The notes beneath the pieces are model-generated. The model did not search any database, had not been told where the DNA came from, and saw only the letters and a program-made list of their open reading frames with translations. The translations under genes and the position numbers were made by a program. DNA of 64,000 nucleotides. Origin: Streptosporangiales bacterium. Lineage in GTDB: Bacteria > Actinomycetota > Actinomycetes > Streptosporangiales > WHSR01. Shown here one piece after another: positions 1-9,122 of the stretch (position 1 is the first letter of the stretch; every line of letters starts with the position of its first letter). The stretch spans positions 18,214-82,213 of the forward strand of contig WHSR01000010.1 of the NCBI GenBank assembly GCA_009379995.1. The letters are read 5' to 3'.

Positions 1-720
1 TTCCAGGCCAGCGATGGCGTCGACCCGCTGGGTCCGGTCGTGTTCGGCCTGTTCGGGGTTGTGGCAGATCACGAACCGAACGTCGGTGTCGTCGACGTGG
101 ACCTCTTTGACCCGCAGGTTCTCCTTGACCTGCTGGTAGCGGCCCTGTCGGGACAGCACCTGCTCCACCAGCGGGTTGCCGTCGCGCATGCGCATCCCGG
201 CGATGAACTGCCCGCCGCCGCGGCGCAGGTAGGCGAGGTTGGCGGCGCTGGAGAATCCGCGGTCGGCGACGGTGATGATCCGGCCCAGCCGCCAGCCCCG
301 GATGTCGTCTTTGACCTCGGGCAGGATCGCTTGATCGTTGGTGTTGCCGGGCCAGCACCACACCCGCACCGGGATGCCCTCCTTGGTCACCGCCAGCCCG
401 ATGACGATCTGCGGCAGGTCGCCGCGGTGGTCCTTGGAGTGCCCATAGCAGCGGAAGGCGTCGTCCCCGGTCTCCTCGTCGTCGCGTTCGAAGTAGGTGC
501 TCGTGGTGTCGAAGAACAGCAGGTCGACCTCGAGGTTGAGCAGGTCGGCGACGGCGAAGAACACCGCCTCCTGCACCTCGGCTTGGGTGTCGGCGGCCAC
601 CAGCAGGTCCATCGCCCGATATGCCTGGTCCTCATCCATCGCCTCCAGGCCGTCGATGGCCACATCGCAGCTGGCCCACTCGGCGGCCGACAGCTCCGAC
701 ATCGGATCGATCGCCCGGTT
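1..720 (-). pseudogene. IS1634-family (IS4 superfamily) DDE transposase, internal fragment; N-terminus lost at ~720, C-terminus runs off the window edge
   Basis: Own minus-strand translation. The frame is open to position 1, so it is absent from the ORF track: NRAIDPMSELSAAEWASCDVAIDGLEAMDEDQAYRAMDLL...LNLEVDLLFFDTTSTYFERD...RLGRIITVADRGFSSAANLAYL...VRFVICHNPEQAEHDRTQRVDAIAGLE. DLLFFDTTS and VADRGF look like the first two D motifs of IS1634-type transposases. Confidence 0.75.
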
Positions 721-1601
721 CGGACGGCCAGTACGGGCACGAGCCCACCCCCGGTGCCTACATCGACACGCTGCGGCGCGTCTTCGCTGAACTCCACCGG
801 GTTCTGGCTCCCGACGGGACAGCATGGCTGGTCTTGGGCGACAGCTACAGCGGCGGACGCCGCATGTTCTACGACGCGACCGGCGGAAACCTCGGACCCC
901 GCGGCCTGGCAACCACCCGCCCGGCCAGCGGCCTCGCGGGCAAGAACATGCTCGGCATCCCGTGGCAAACAGCCCTCGCGCTGCAAGCCGACGGCTGGAT
1001 CCTGCGCAATGCCATCTGCTGGAACAAACCGAACGCGATGCCGGAATCCGTCCGCGACCGGCTGTCGTGCCGCTATGAGTTCGTCTTCCTTCTCACCAAG
1101 CGCGAGCGGTACTACTTCGATCTCGACGCCATCCGAGAACCCTGCCACCGCGACAAGACAGCCTGGCCGCCGGTCGGCGGGCGGCAAGGAGGACAAGGCT
1201 GCGTCGGCGGCAGCGCCCGACGCCGCACGACAGCAGCGAAGTACAGCAGCGGCATGCCGAGTCAACGTCGGCGACTCGGAACCAACATGCTGCCCACCGG
1301 CAGGCGGCACACGGCAGCACACGCCAAGGGCCGCAACCCAGGCGACGTGTGGACCATTCCGACACGCCCATTCCGCGACGCGCACTTCGCCGTCTTCCCC
1401 ATCGATCTGCCACTGCGGTGCATCGCCGCCGGCTGCCGGGCCGGCGGCCTCGTCTTGGACCCGTTTGCCGGAGCGGCAACCACCGGCATTGCCGCACGGC
1501 GGCTCGGTCGCCGTTTTGCCGGCATCGACGTCAACGAGGCGTACTTGGCGGTCGCCGCAGCGCGGCTCCGCGACACCGCAGCCGGGGGCGGTCCAGGGTG
1601 A
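721..1601 (+). pseudogene. Beta-class N4/N6 DNA methyltransferase, 5'-truncated (catalytic DPPY/F motif missing)
   Basis: Frame of ORF 621..1601. The protein-like part begins ~721: GQYGHEPTPGAYIDTLRRVFAELHRVLAPDGTAWLVLGDSY...ICWNKPNAMPESVRDRLSCRYEFVFLLTK...HFAVFPIDLPLRCIAAGCRAGGLVLDPFAGAATTG. The C-terminal FxGxG SAM motif is present. Sequence upstream of 721 encodes the transposase on the other strand. Confidence 0.7.
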
Positions 1602-1839
1602 CCGAAAGGATACAAAGGGCCTGCTCAGGGCCTCCCAAACGGCCCGAAACGGCGTATCCTCCCGGGCCTGAGACCACATCGTCTGCGCCTGACCCACATC
1701 CCGACCTCGGCCACCGCCGGCGGAGTCTCGGCAGTGGGGCAGATCCGCTGGCGGTGCGGGTGGAATTCCTTGCCGTCGACGGCAGGGACGGCGAGGTCTT
1801 GGAGGCCAAGCAGCTCGCCGTCATGCGGGAGGTCCTCGA

Positions 1840-3975
1840 ATGGCTGCACCGACACCAGAGTTCGTAGGGACGAGACACAGCCTAGACAACCTCGGTGCTC
1901 GCATGGCCGCTGTCCTGCCGTGGCGCGCCAGCGAGAAGACCAACCTGCTGGCTGACGCTGCCGACGCGGGCGTGCCCGTGCCGGTCGCCTGGCTTGGCCG
2001 TACCTCCACCGACGACCAGCAAGACCCGACGCTGTCTCTACCGAGGCAGTTGCGGAGTTCACGCCAAGCGCTGCCGACCGGATTCGTCATCGTCGCCCAC
2101 TTCTACGATGTGGAGTCCGGACGCAAGGATCTCGACAAGCGTGGCAAGAGCCGCGCCCACGAGCAGTTCGATATCCCGATTCCCCGCGATGGCGGAATTC
2201 AAGACCTCCTCGCCGAGGCTGCCCGTCCGGATCGGCGGTTCGTCGCGGTGATCTGCGAGTCCATCGCACGGGTCGCTCGCCGTGCCTACTTCGGTACGAA
2301 GATCGAGTACGAGCTGGATCAGGTGGGAGTCGCTCTTCTTGCCGCCGACGAGCCGTTCACGCGGGAGATGGTGGTCGGCAACAGACGCAGAAAGTCCAGC
2401 ATCACGCTGCAACGGCGAGTCAACCAGGGCGTTGCCGAGTGGTTTGTGGAACAGATGCTTGAGCAGTCATGGGGCGGACTCTGCGAGCACACCGACCAAG
2501 GCTGGAACGTCGGCCAACCCCCGTACGGCTACCAGGCCGAAAAGCACCCTCACCCGGTGCCCGCGCGTCGTAGGGAGGGCAAGACCAAGACCCGGCTTGT
2601 GCCCGACCCAGTCACCGGGCCGGTTGTCACCCGGATCTTCCGCATTCGCGTCCTCGAACGCCTCGGCTACGACCGGATCGCCGATCGGCTCAACGCGGAT
2701 CCGGACAACAATCCTCCGCCACAGCCGGTTGACCCTGGCCGCGCCGTGGGCCGGTGGACCGGGTCCGCGGTGCGAGGGATCCTCATCAACCCCAAATACA
2801 CCGGCTACATGGTGTGGAACAGGCGCGCCAGCAAGCGGGGCGGACGATGCAACCCACCCGGCGAATGGATCTGGTCCTCCCAGCCCCATCACGAGCCGCT
2901 GGTCACGAAGGAGCTGTTCGAGGCCTCGCTTGCCATCGGCAGACAGCGGCAAGGCTCCCGCGCCTCGCCCGGAGTGAGCAACCATCCGGAGACCAGACGA
3001 AGCTACCCGCTCCGCTCGTATGTCGTGTGCGAGCTGTGCGGACGGCGCATGTTCGGCAGGACCAATCTCAGAAGGGATGCCTACTACGTCTGCAGGATAG
3101 ATCGGCGACACGACGCGAGCCGCCGCGACTGGTACGAGGACCACCCCACCAGCCTCTGGGTCCGCGAGGACGTCCTGCTCGGCGCGGTCCGGCAGTTCTT
3201 CGCCGAACGCATCTTCGGCCCACGCCGGCTCGACTACCTGCGAACACACCTCGCCAAGCAGGCAAAGGAGGCTCCGGTCACGCTACATGAGGAACGCAAG
3301 GCCCAGATCCTCCGCGCGATCGCCGACCTGCAACGACGGCAAGCCAACCTCATGGCGCAGCTGGAGGAACACGAGCCGACCGGCGATGCCGAGACGGACC
3401 GCGAGTACCGGTCCGCCATCCAGAGCCGCTTCACCGAACTGGCCCAGCGCCGCCACGACGCAGAAGCCGAGCTGGACCGGCTCGCCACCGTGGAAGCGGC
3501 GGGCGCGGAAGACGACCCATCACTTCTGGAAGAGATCCCGAACATGGCCGTTAGCCTGGACATGTTGCCCGAACGCCTGGAACGACGCCTCTACGACGCG
3601 TTCCACCTCCAGGTCCGGTATCACCGGCCCCGCCACGAGGCCGTGATCCGCGTCACCGTGCGAGATGAGAGGCTCCCCGCCCTTGCCGCGGCAGCCCAAG
3701 CGGCAGCACCAAGACAGACCTGCCACACACGCGAGGCTGGCACGGATGTTCTGCGTGCCCCCAACGGGATTCGAACCCGTGCCGCCGCCTTGAAAGGGCG
3801 GTGTCCTAGGCCTCTAGACGATGAGGGCTCGACGACCTTCGCCGCCGGTGCCCGTGGCGCCCGCCGTCGGGGACCGCGCCCCAGGATAGGGGACAACCCC
3901 CTCAGACACCAAAGTTCCCCAACAATGGAACGCCCTTTGGATGTCCGAATCCCTTGGCCGCCATCCCCGCGGTAA
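1840..3975 (+). CDS. Large serine recombinase (resolvase/invertase N-domain, recombinase domain, zinc ribbon, coiled coil); C-terminal end uncertain
   Basis: Contains VAWLGRTSTDDQQD (catalytic Ser region), INPKYTGYMVWNRR (recombinase domain), YVVCELCGRRMFGR...YYVC (zinc ribbon) and a long coiled-coil tail. There is no stop codon until 3975, so the ORF runs antisense across tRNA-Glu. An alternative start is M at 1903. Confidence 0.85.
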   Translation: MAAPTPEFVGTRHSLDNLGARMAAVLPWRASEKTNLLADAADAGVPVPVAWLGRTSTDDQQDPTLSLPRQLRSSRQALPTGFVIVAHFYDVESGRKDLDKRGKSRAHEQFDIPIPRDGGIQDLLAEAARPDRRFVAVICESIARVARRAYFGTKIEYELDQVGVALLAADEPFTREMVVGNRRRKSSITLQRRVNQGVAEWFVEQMLEQSWGGLCEHTDQGWNVGQPPYGYQAEKHPHPVPARRREGKTKTRLVPDPVTGPVVTRIFRIRVLERLGYDRIADRLNADPDNNPPPQPVDPGRAVGRWTGSAVRGILINPKYTGYMVWNRRASKRGGRCNPPGEWIWSSQPHHEPLVTKELFEASLAIGRQRQGSRASPGVSNHPETRRSYPLRSYVVCELCGRRMFGRTNLRRDAYYVCRIDRRHDASRRDWYEDHPTSLWVREDVLLGAVRQFFAERIFGPRRLDYLRTHLAKQAKEAPVTLHEERKAQILRAIADLQRRQANLMAQLEEHEPTGDAETDREYRSAIQSRFTELAQRRHDAEAELDRLATVEAAGAEDDPSLLEEIPNMAVSLDMLPERLERRLYDAFHLQVRYHRPRHEAVIRVTVRDERLPALAAAAQAAAPRQTCHTREAGTDVLRAPNGIRTRAAALKGRCPRPLDDEGSTTFAAGARGARRRGPRPRIGDNPLRHQSSPTMERPLDVRIPWPPSPR
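3756..3828 (-). tRNA. tRNA-Glu (anticodon TTC)
   Basis: Minus-strand sequence GCCCTCATCGTCTAGAGGCCTAGGACACCGCCCTTTCAAGGCGGCGGCACGGGTTCGAATCCCGTTGGGGGCA. It has a 7-bp acceptor stem, a GGTTCGAATCC T-arm and anticodon loop CTTTCAA. CCA is not encoded. Confidence 0.9.
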
Positions 3976-4002
3976 GGCCTCCACGCGCCAAGGACCCTCC
4001 CG

Positions 4003-5568
4003 TTAGGGAGACGTCCCCGCCGGCGAGGATGTTCCCGAGGGCGAGGACGACGGGCTCGCCGGCAGCCCAATCTTACGGTCTGGGGCGGGCTCCAGGTGAC
4101 GTTCGATGCGGGCCGAGGCGAGGCCGATCCCGCCCACCGTGATGTCGTCCCAGGCCTGCAGCCGCCCGGTCTCCTTGTTGAAGTAGAAGACCGTGCACTC
4201 GACCGGTGTGGGCTCCTCGTGTTCCAGGCCCCGCAGCCCGGCTCCCCCGGTGGAGCCCTGCACGAACAGCCGCGTCCCCCGCGGCAGGATCTGCGTCGAC
4301 CGCCGGTGAGCGTGCCCGGACAGCACCAGCGGTACGGTGCCGTCGAAACCACGGCCCTCGGTGGGGTCGTGTACGGCGGCGACGTCGATCGGCGGGTCCT
4401 GGGCCCCGATGTCTTGGGCCAGCTGCTGCCCCTCCGCGAACAGGGCCTCGGCGCTCGGGTGCTCGCGCGTCCTCTTGTCCGGCGTGAACCGGGGATCGCC
4501 GATGCCGAAGAACCGCAGCCCCGCGACCTCGGCCACCTGCCCGTCGGACCCGTTTTCCCCCGCGTTCTCGTCGAGGACTATCGCGCCCTTCTGCTTGGCC
4601 AGCGCCTCCTGGGTGCCCATCGAGTCGTGGTTGCCGCGGACGAACACGTACGGCGTGTCAAGATCGGAGATCTCGGTCAGGAACCGGTTCTCCGTCTTGC
4701 TCCCGTGGTCGGTGATGTCTCCGGTGTCCACGATGACGTCGGCCTGGAACTGCCGCGACACCGAGTCGATCACCTGCCAGGCCGCAGGGTTGAGGTGGAG
4801 GTCGGAGACGTGCAGCAGCCGGACGGTGCTCGAGTCGGCCTCGTAGGCGGGCAGCGTGGACGTGGTCTCGTACACGCGGGAGACGTTCGTCACGACATCG
4901 GCGAGCTGGTCGGTGTACCTCGAGAAGTTCTGCACGACGCTCTCCGCGCTGCCCACGACGGACGGGGCGCTGGCGAGCAGCCCGGTGTACCGAGGCTCGG
5001 CCAGGGACCGGGGGTTGAAGGTGCCGACACCGGCCGTGACGCTCCCGAGCATGACGACGCAGCAGGTGAGCACCGACCAGCCGGCCCGCGCGGGGGTGCG
5101 GAAGACGACCAGGCCGAGCAGCGCGGCGCCGCCGACCGCCGACATCGTCGCCCTCATGACGAGGTTGAGGAGCGCCTCCCGAAGGTCCTCGTCGACCTCG
5201 TCGCCCAGCCCGTTCAACAGCTGCGGGTCCTGGATGATGCGCTGGACCTCCTCGGGCCTGACCCGCTGGACCGTCGCGGCGAGCTGGAGCGGCCCGTCGT
5301 GGCTGTCCAGCCCCAACGTTCCCAGCGGCGCGACGTCGACCACGACGTCACCGACCAGGGACGGCCTGAGCGACAGCCGTACGTCCGTCGGCCCGACCTC
5401 GGCGGTCATGTGGGCCCCGACGAGGAGTCCGAGCCACGCACCGCCCACCGCCACGGCGATCACGGCCACGATCCGCCGCAGCCGCGGCGAGCCGAGGCAG
5501 CGCGCCACCGCCCGGGCGACCGCCCGGACCACGGCCCGGGTCGGCGTACGAAGCGTCGAGAGGGCCAC
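4003..5568 (-). CDS. Membrane-anchored metallophosphoesterase (calcineurin-like)
   Basis: Has N-terminal TM segments plus the motifs LLHVSDLHLN, DTGDITDHG, VRGNHD and LSGHAHRR. Confidence 0.8.
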   Translation of the reverse strand: MALSTLRTPTRAVVRAVARAVARCLGSPRLRRIVAVIAVAVGGAWLGLLVGAHMTAEVGPTDVRLSLRPSLVGDVVVDVAPLGTLGLDSHDGPLQLAATVQRVRPEEVQRIIQDPQLLNGLGDEVDEDLREALLNLVMRATMSAVGGAALLGLVVFRTPARAGWSVLTCCVVMLGSVTAGVGTFNPRSLAEPRYTGLLASAPSVVGSAESVVQNFSRYTDQLADVVTNVSRVYETTSTLPAYEADSSTVRLLHVSDLHLNPAAWQVIDSVSRQFQADVIVDTGDITDHGSKTENRFLTEISDLDTPYVFVRGNHDSMGTQEALAKQKGAIVLDENAGENGSDGQVAEVAGLRFFGIGDPRFTPDKRTREHPSAEALFAEGQQLAQDIGAQDPPIDVAAVHDPTEGRGFDGTVPLVLSGHAHRRSTQILPRGTRLFVQGSTGGAGLRGLEHEEPTPVECTVFYFNKETGRLQAWDDITVGGIGLASARIERHLEPAPDRKIGLPASPSSSPSGTSSPAGTSP

Positions 5569-5612
5569 GCCGCCATGATGCCGTCCCTTCGGCGGGAGGG
5601 AAGAATGCCCCC

Positions 5613-5954
5613 GTGATTCAGCTGTCGCCGGAGGAGTTCGAGGATCTGGTCGTCGATGCCCTCGACGGCATCCCGGAGGAGTTCGCCGAGCTCATGGAGA
5701 ACGTCGCCATCGTGGTGGAGGACGAGCCGCCCGAACCCGGGCTCCTCGGCCTCTACCACGGGGTGCCGCTCACCGAACGCGGCCAGTGGTACGCGGGCGT
5801 GCTCCCCGACCGCATCTCGATCTACCGGAACGAGATTTGTCGGATATGCGACACCGCCGACGAGGTGGCCGACGAGGTACGTACGACGGTCGTACACGAG
5901 ATCGCGCATTACTTCGGCATCGACGACGAACGCCTTCACGAGCTCGGTTGGTGA
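5613..5954 (+). CDS. Small zinc metallopeptidase-like protein (DUF1025/zincin-like family)
   Basis: 113 aa with a GTG start. Contains the HExxH motif VVHEIAHYFG near the C-terminus, typical of this small actinobacterial family. Confidence 0.65.
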   Translation: MIQLSPEEFEDLVVDALDGIPEEFAELMENVAIVVEDEPPEPGLLGLYHGVPLTERGQWYAGVLPDRISIYRNEICRICDTADEVADEVRTTVVHEIAHYFGIDDERLHELGW

Positions 5955-6227
5955 CGGGCTTGCGTAACCCCCCTGCGATTGGCACGGTAGGTAACGGGTT
6001 TACGACGGAGCGTTAGACGCCCACGGCACAAGGGATGTAGCCTCCGAGTGCCGGAGTGGACGCCCGAGCCGCTATGCCGCTGTTGCTGAGTTCGGCCAGG
6101 TGACGGGCCCTGAGGCGGGGGAGTCATAGGTGACTGGCAGGGACAGGACCATCAGGCGAGCCAAGACCGGCCGCAGATCCCTACGAGCGCGCCCCGACAC
6201 GGTGCGGCCTCGGACGTAGGGGAACTG

Positions 6228-7514
6228 GTGTCGGGAAGACGCCCACGGCTGGGGCGGGACCACAGCGAGCAGGCCACCTACGGGCAGGTCTTCGCCATCC
6301 GCGAGTTCCGCGCGCTTTGGGGCGCGCAGGTCCTCTCGTTGCTCGGCGACCAGCTCGCCCAGGTCGCGCTCGCCGTCCTGGTCTACAACCGCACCGGCTC
6401 GCCGCTGCTGACCGCGCTCACCTACGCCTTGACGTACCTCCCGCCGATCCTCGGCGGACCGCTCCTCGCTGGCCTGGCCGACGTTCTCCCCCGGCGCCAG
6501 GTGATGATCGTCACCGACCTCATCCGGGCCCTCCTGGTCGGTCTGATGGCCATCCCCGGGACACCCTTCCCGGTCCTGTGCGTCCTGCTGTTCTTCACAG
6601 TGCTGCTCAGTGCGCCGTTCTCGGCCGCGCGGGCGGCCATCCTCCCGGACGTGCTTCCCGGCGACCGGTACGTGCTGGGCAGTGCGGTGACGAACATCAC
6701 CAACCAGGCGGCGCAGGTGGTCGGCTTCCTGACCGGGGGCGGGATCGTCGCGCTGCTCGGCACGCATCAGGCTCTGGCCCTAGACGCCGCGACGTTCCTC
6801 GCCTCGGCGCTGGTGCTGCGGGCGTGGCTGGCCGAGCGATCCGCGCCCGGAAGGAGCGAGGGGCGCCCCTCCCTGCTGGCCAACGTCGCGGCCGGGACCC
6901 GCCTGGTGTTCGGGGACCGCCGGCTCCGCGCGCTGGTGTCCTTCGCCTGGCTGTGTGGCTTCTACGTGGTGCCCGAAGGGCTGGCGGCGCCGTACGCGGC
7001 GGCCCTCGGCGGTGGGCCGGTCACCGTGGGGCTCCTGATGGCGGCGATGCCCATCGGTACGGTAGTGGGCCTCTTCGCGTTCGGCCGGTTCGTTTCCCCG
7101 CCGCGACGGCTGCGGATGATGGGGACGCTCGCCCTGCTGGCGTCCGCGCCGCTCGTTTTCTCCGCGCTGCAGCCCGCCCTGCCGGTGACGCTCGCACTGT
7201 GGGTCCTCGCCGGTGCTGGTTCCTCCTACCAGCTCGCCGCGAACACGGCCTTCATGATCACCGTGCCGCCGTCGGATCGGGGGCAGGCGTTCGGGCTAGT
7301 GCAGCCGGGAATGCTCGCGGCGCAAGGGCTGGGGATCGTACTCGCCGGGATGGTGGCCGAGTTTGTCGGCCCCGAGTTGACGGTGGCGCTGTTCGGCATG
7401 GCCGGGCTGTCCGTCACGGCGGTCCTGGCGCTGAACTGGAACCGCGTCGTCGCCCACGTTCCGGGCGCGGCGAGCGACGACGGACCGCAGCCCGAGGGCG
7501 CGCCCTCCGCGTAG
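6228..7514 (+). CDS. MFS transporter
   Basis: 428 aa, multi-TM and hydrophobic. The N-terminal signature FRALWGAQVLSLLGDQLAQVALAVLVY is typical of the enterobactin-exporter-like MFS_3 group. Confidence 0.75.
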   Translation: MSGRRPRLGRDHSEQATYGQVFAIREFRALWGAQVLSLLGDQLAQVALAVLVYNRTGSPLLTALTYALTYLPPILGGPLLAGLADVLPRRQVMIVTDLIRALLVGLMAIPGTPFPVLCVLLFFTVLLSAPFSAARAAILPDVLPGDRYVLGSAVTNITNQAAQVVGFLTGGGIVALLGTHQALALDAATFLASALVLRAWLAERSAPGRSEGRPSLLANVAAGTRLVFGDRRLRALVSFAWLCGFYVVPEGLAAPYAAALGGGPVTVGLLMAAMPIGTVVGLFAFGRFVSPPRRLRMMGTLALLASAPLVFSALQPALPVTLALWVLAGAGSSYQLAANTAFMITVPPSDRGQAFGLVQPGMLAAQGLGIVLAGMVAEFVGPELTVALFGMAGLSVTAVLALNWNRVVAHVPGAASDDGPQPEGAPSA

Positions 7515-7519
7515 CCGGC

Positions 7520-8843
7520 CTACTGCCAGACCCTTGCCCGTGATCTTGCAGAAATTTCACTTCCTCGGGGTGAAATTTCTGCAAGATCACGGGCAAGGTC
7601 GGCGAGCCGGACGTTGTTGCGGCCGCCGGCCTTGGCCTCGTACAGGGCGGTGTCGGCCGACTCGAGCAGCTCGTTCAGGTCGGCCCTGCTCGGCCCGAGG
7701 CCGGCGACACCGACCGAGACCGTCACCCGCAGCGGCGCGCTTCCCCGCACCACCGGCAGCGACAACCCCTCGATACGGCCCCGGATCCGCTCGGCGGTAC
7801 GCGCCGCGGCGGGCTGGCTCGCTCCCCGCAGCAGCACGGCGAACTCCTCGCCGCCGAACCGCCCCACTAGGTCACCCGGGCGCACGCTCTCGGTCAGAGC
7901 CGCGGCGACGCCGGCAAGCGCCTGGTCGCCGGCCAGGTGCCCGTACGTGTCGTTGAACCGCTTGAAGTGGTCGATGTCGATCAGGAGAACCGCAAGCGAC
8001 CCTCCGCCGCGCACCGCGCGGGCCACCTCCCGGGTGGCGACCTGCCGCCAGTACTCCGGGTTGGCCAGCCGCGTCTTGGCGTCCGTACGCGCGGCCTCCT
8101 GCAGCTCGGCGTGCAGCAGGCTCCGCTGCAGGAGCAGGACGGGGGGCAGCAGAGCGACGACGAGCGCCGGCGCGGCGATCCAGCACACGGTGGTGACAAC
8201 GCCCATGCCGAGCTCGGCCGCGTCGGTGACCAGCCGATCGCGGTCGGCGACGAGCTGGCGCATCGGGGTCGCGGGCGCTACCCGGCGGATGACCCCGGCG
8301 ACGAGCACGACGTTGACGACCGCACCGGCCGCCGCGGCGACGCCCATCGCGGCGACAGCCCGAGGCGTACCGACCAGCGCCGTCAGGTCGTACGGGGGTC
8401 CGTGGCCGACCAGCATCGCGTGCGCGACCGCCGTGACGTACCCGGAGTCCGACAACCGCGACGTTGAAGGCCCGCTTCATCGGCGGCATCCGCGTCACCC
8501 TGAGCTGGGTGAGCAGGTACAGCGGCACGGGGGCGAACAGCGCGTAGACCGGTGGCAGCAGCAGGGCGATCGGCAGCGTCCACGCGGACAGCAGGTCCTT
8601 GTAGGGCCGGTTGTCGCGGTTGGACGGTACGCCGACCCGCCGCGACGCCTCGATGCTGAGCGCACCGCACCCGATCAGGACCGCAAACGTGATCACGTCC
8701 CGGACGCGCCAAGACGCCGTCCACAGGCCGGCCGCCAAGGCGAGGACGGCGACGGCCTCGACCACGAGGACATAGGAAAGCGCCGGCCGTGGGAGCCGCC
8801 AGAGTGCCCACCCGCGGACGTTTCCACTCCCCCGAGCGAACAA
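7520..8843 (-). pseudogene. Membrane GGDEF diguanylate cyclase, apparently frameshifted near 8450-8460
   Basis: The N-terminal TM part is in the frame of ORF 7872..8843 (MFARGSG...YLLTQLRVTRMPPMKRAFNVAV), which then turns into Arg-rich nonsense. The remainder is in the frame of ORF 7520..8455 (SGYVTAVAHAMLVG...LLIDIDHFKRFNDTYGHLAGDQAL...GRFGGEEFAVLL...YEAKAGGRN). Confidence 0.65.
7532..7598. repeat. Perfect 29-bp inverted repeat with 9-nt loop, AT-rich, between convergent genes
   Basis: Left arm is CCTTGCCCGTGATCTTGCAGAAATTTCAC (7532-7560), the loop is ttcctcggg, and the right arm is GTGAAATTTCTGCAAGATCACGGGCAAGG (7570-7598). Read directly from the sequence. Confidence 0.9.
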
Positions 8844-9122
8844 CCTCTCCCCCTTCCCGGACCCCGAATATCAGCTTACGCGGGAGTGACCCACGTCTGT
8901 CCGCACATCTGGGTTTTGTGGGGATCTAGCCCTTTTTGGCAGCTACAGCCATCCTTGGGAGGTGACGGAACGCCTTCGCCGGCACAGAGGAGGGACAGCT
9001 CATGAGCACGAACTGGGGCTGAATCGAACACGGATCCGCCGGATGTGACAGGGGAACCGGTTGTCCATTCGGGCAACGAGTTCGTCCTCTGTGACATTCG
9101 TGGGATGTCACATCGGGAGGAG

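Noticed and set aside
40-1671. 543-aa plus-strand ORF and the 436-aa minus-strand ORF 387..1697
   Set aside because: Their translations are Arg/Pro/Ala/Gly-rich and low-complexity with no motifs. They overlap the clearly protein-like transposase (minus) and methyltransferase (plus) frames. These are typical high-GC shadow ORFs.
1700-1867. Small ORF upstream of the serine recombinase (…VRVEFLAVDGRDGEVLEAKQLAVMREVLEWLHRHQSS), considered as an excisionase or directionality factor
   Set aside because: It has no clear start codon or RBS and no recognisable HTH or Xis motif. It cannot be supported from sequence alone.
6080-6180. Possible TPP or other riboswitch in the 270-bp spacer upstream of the MFS gene (contains GCTGAGT)
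   Set aside because: It lacks the ACCUGAUCUGGAUAAUGCCAGCG-type second half and any recognisable conserved core. The observation is left as an unassigned spacer only.
9002-9022. 6-codon micro-ORF (MSTNWG) with an AGGAGG 8 nt upstream
   Set aside because: It is too short to evaluate and has no supporting conservation information. It is mentioned only within the spacer finding.
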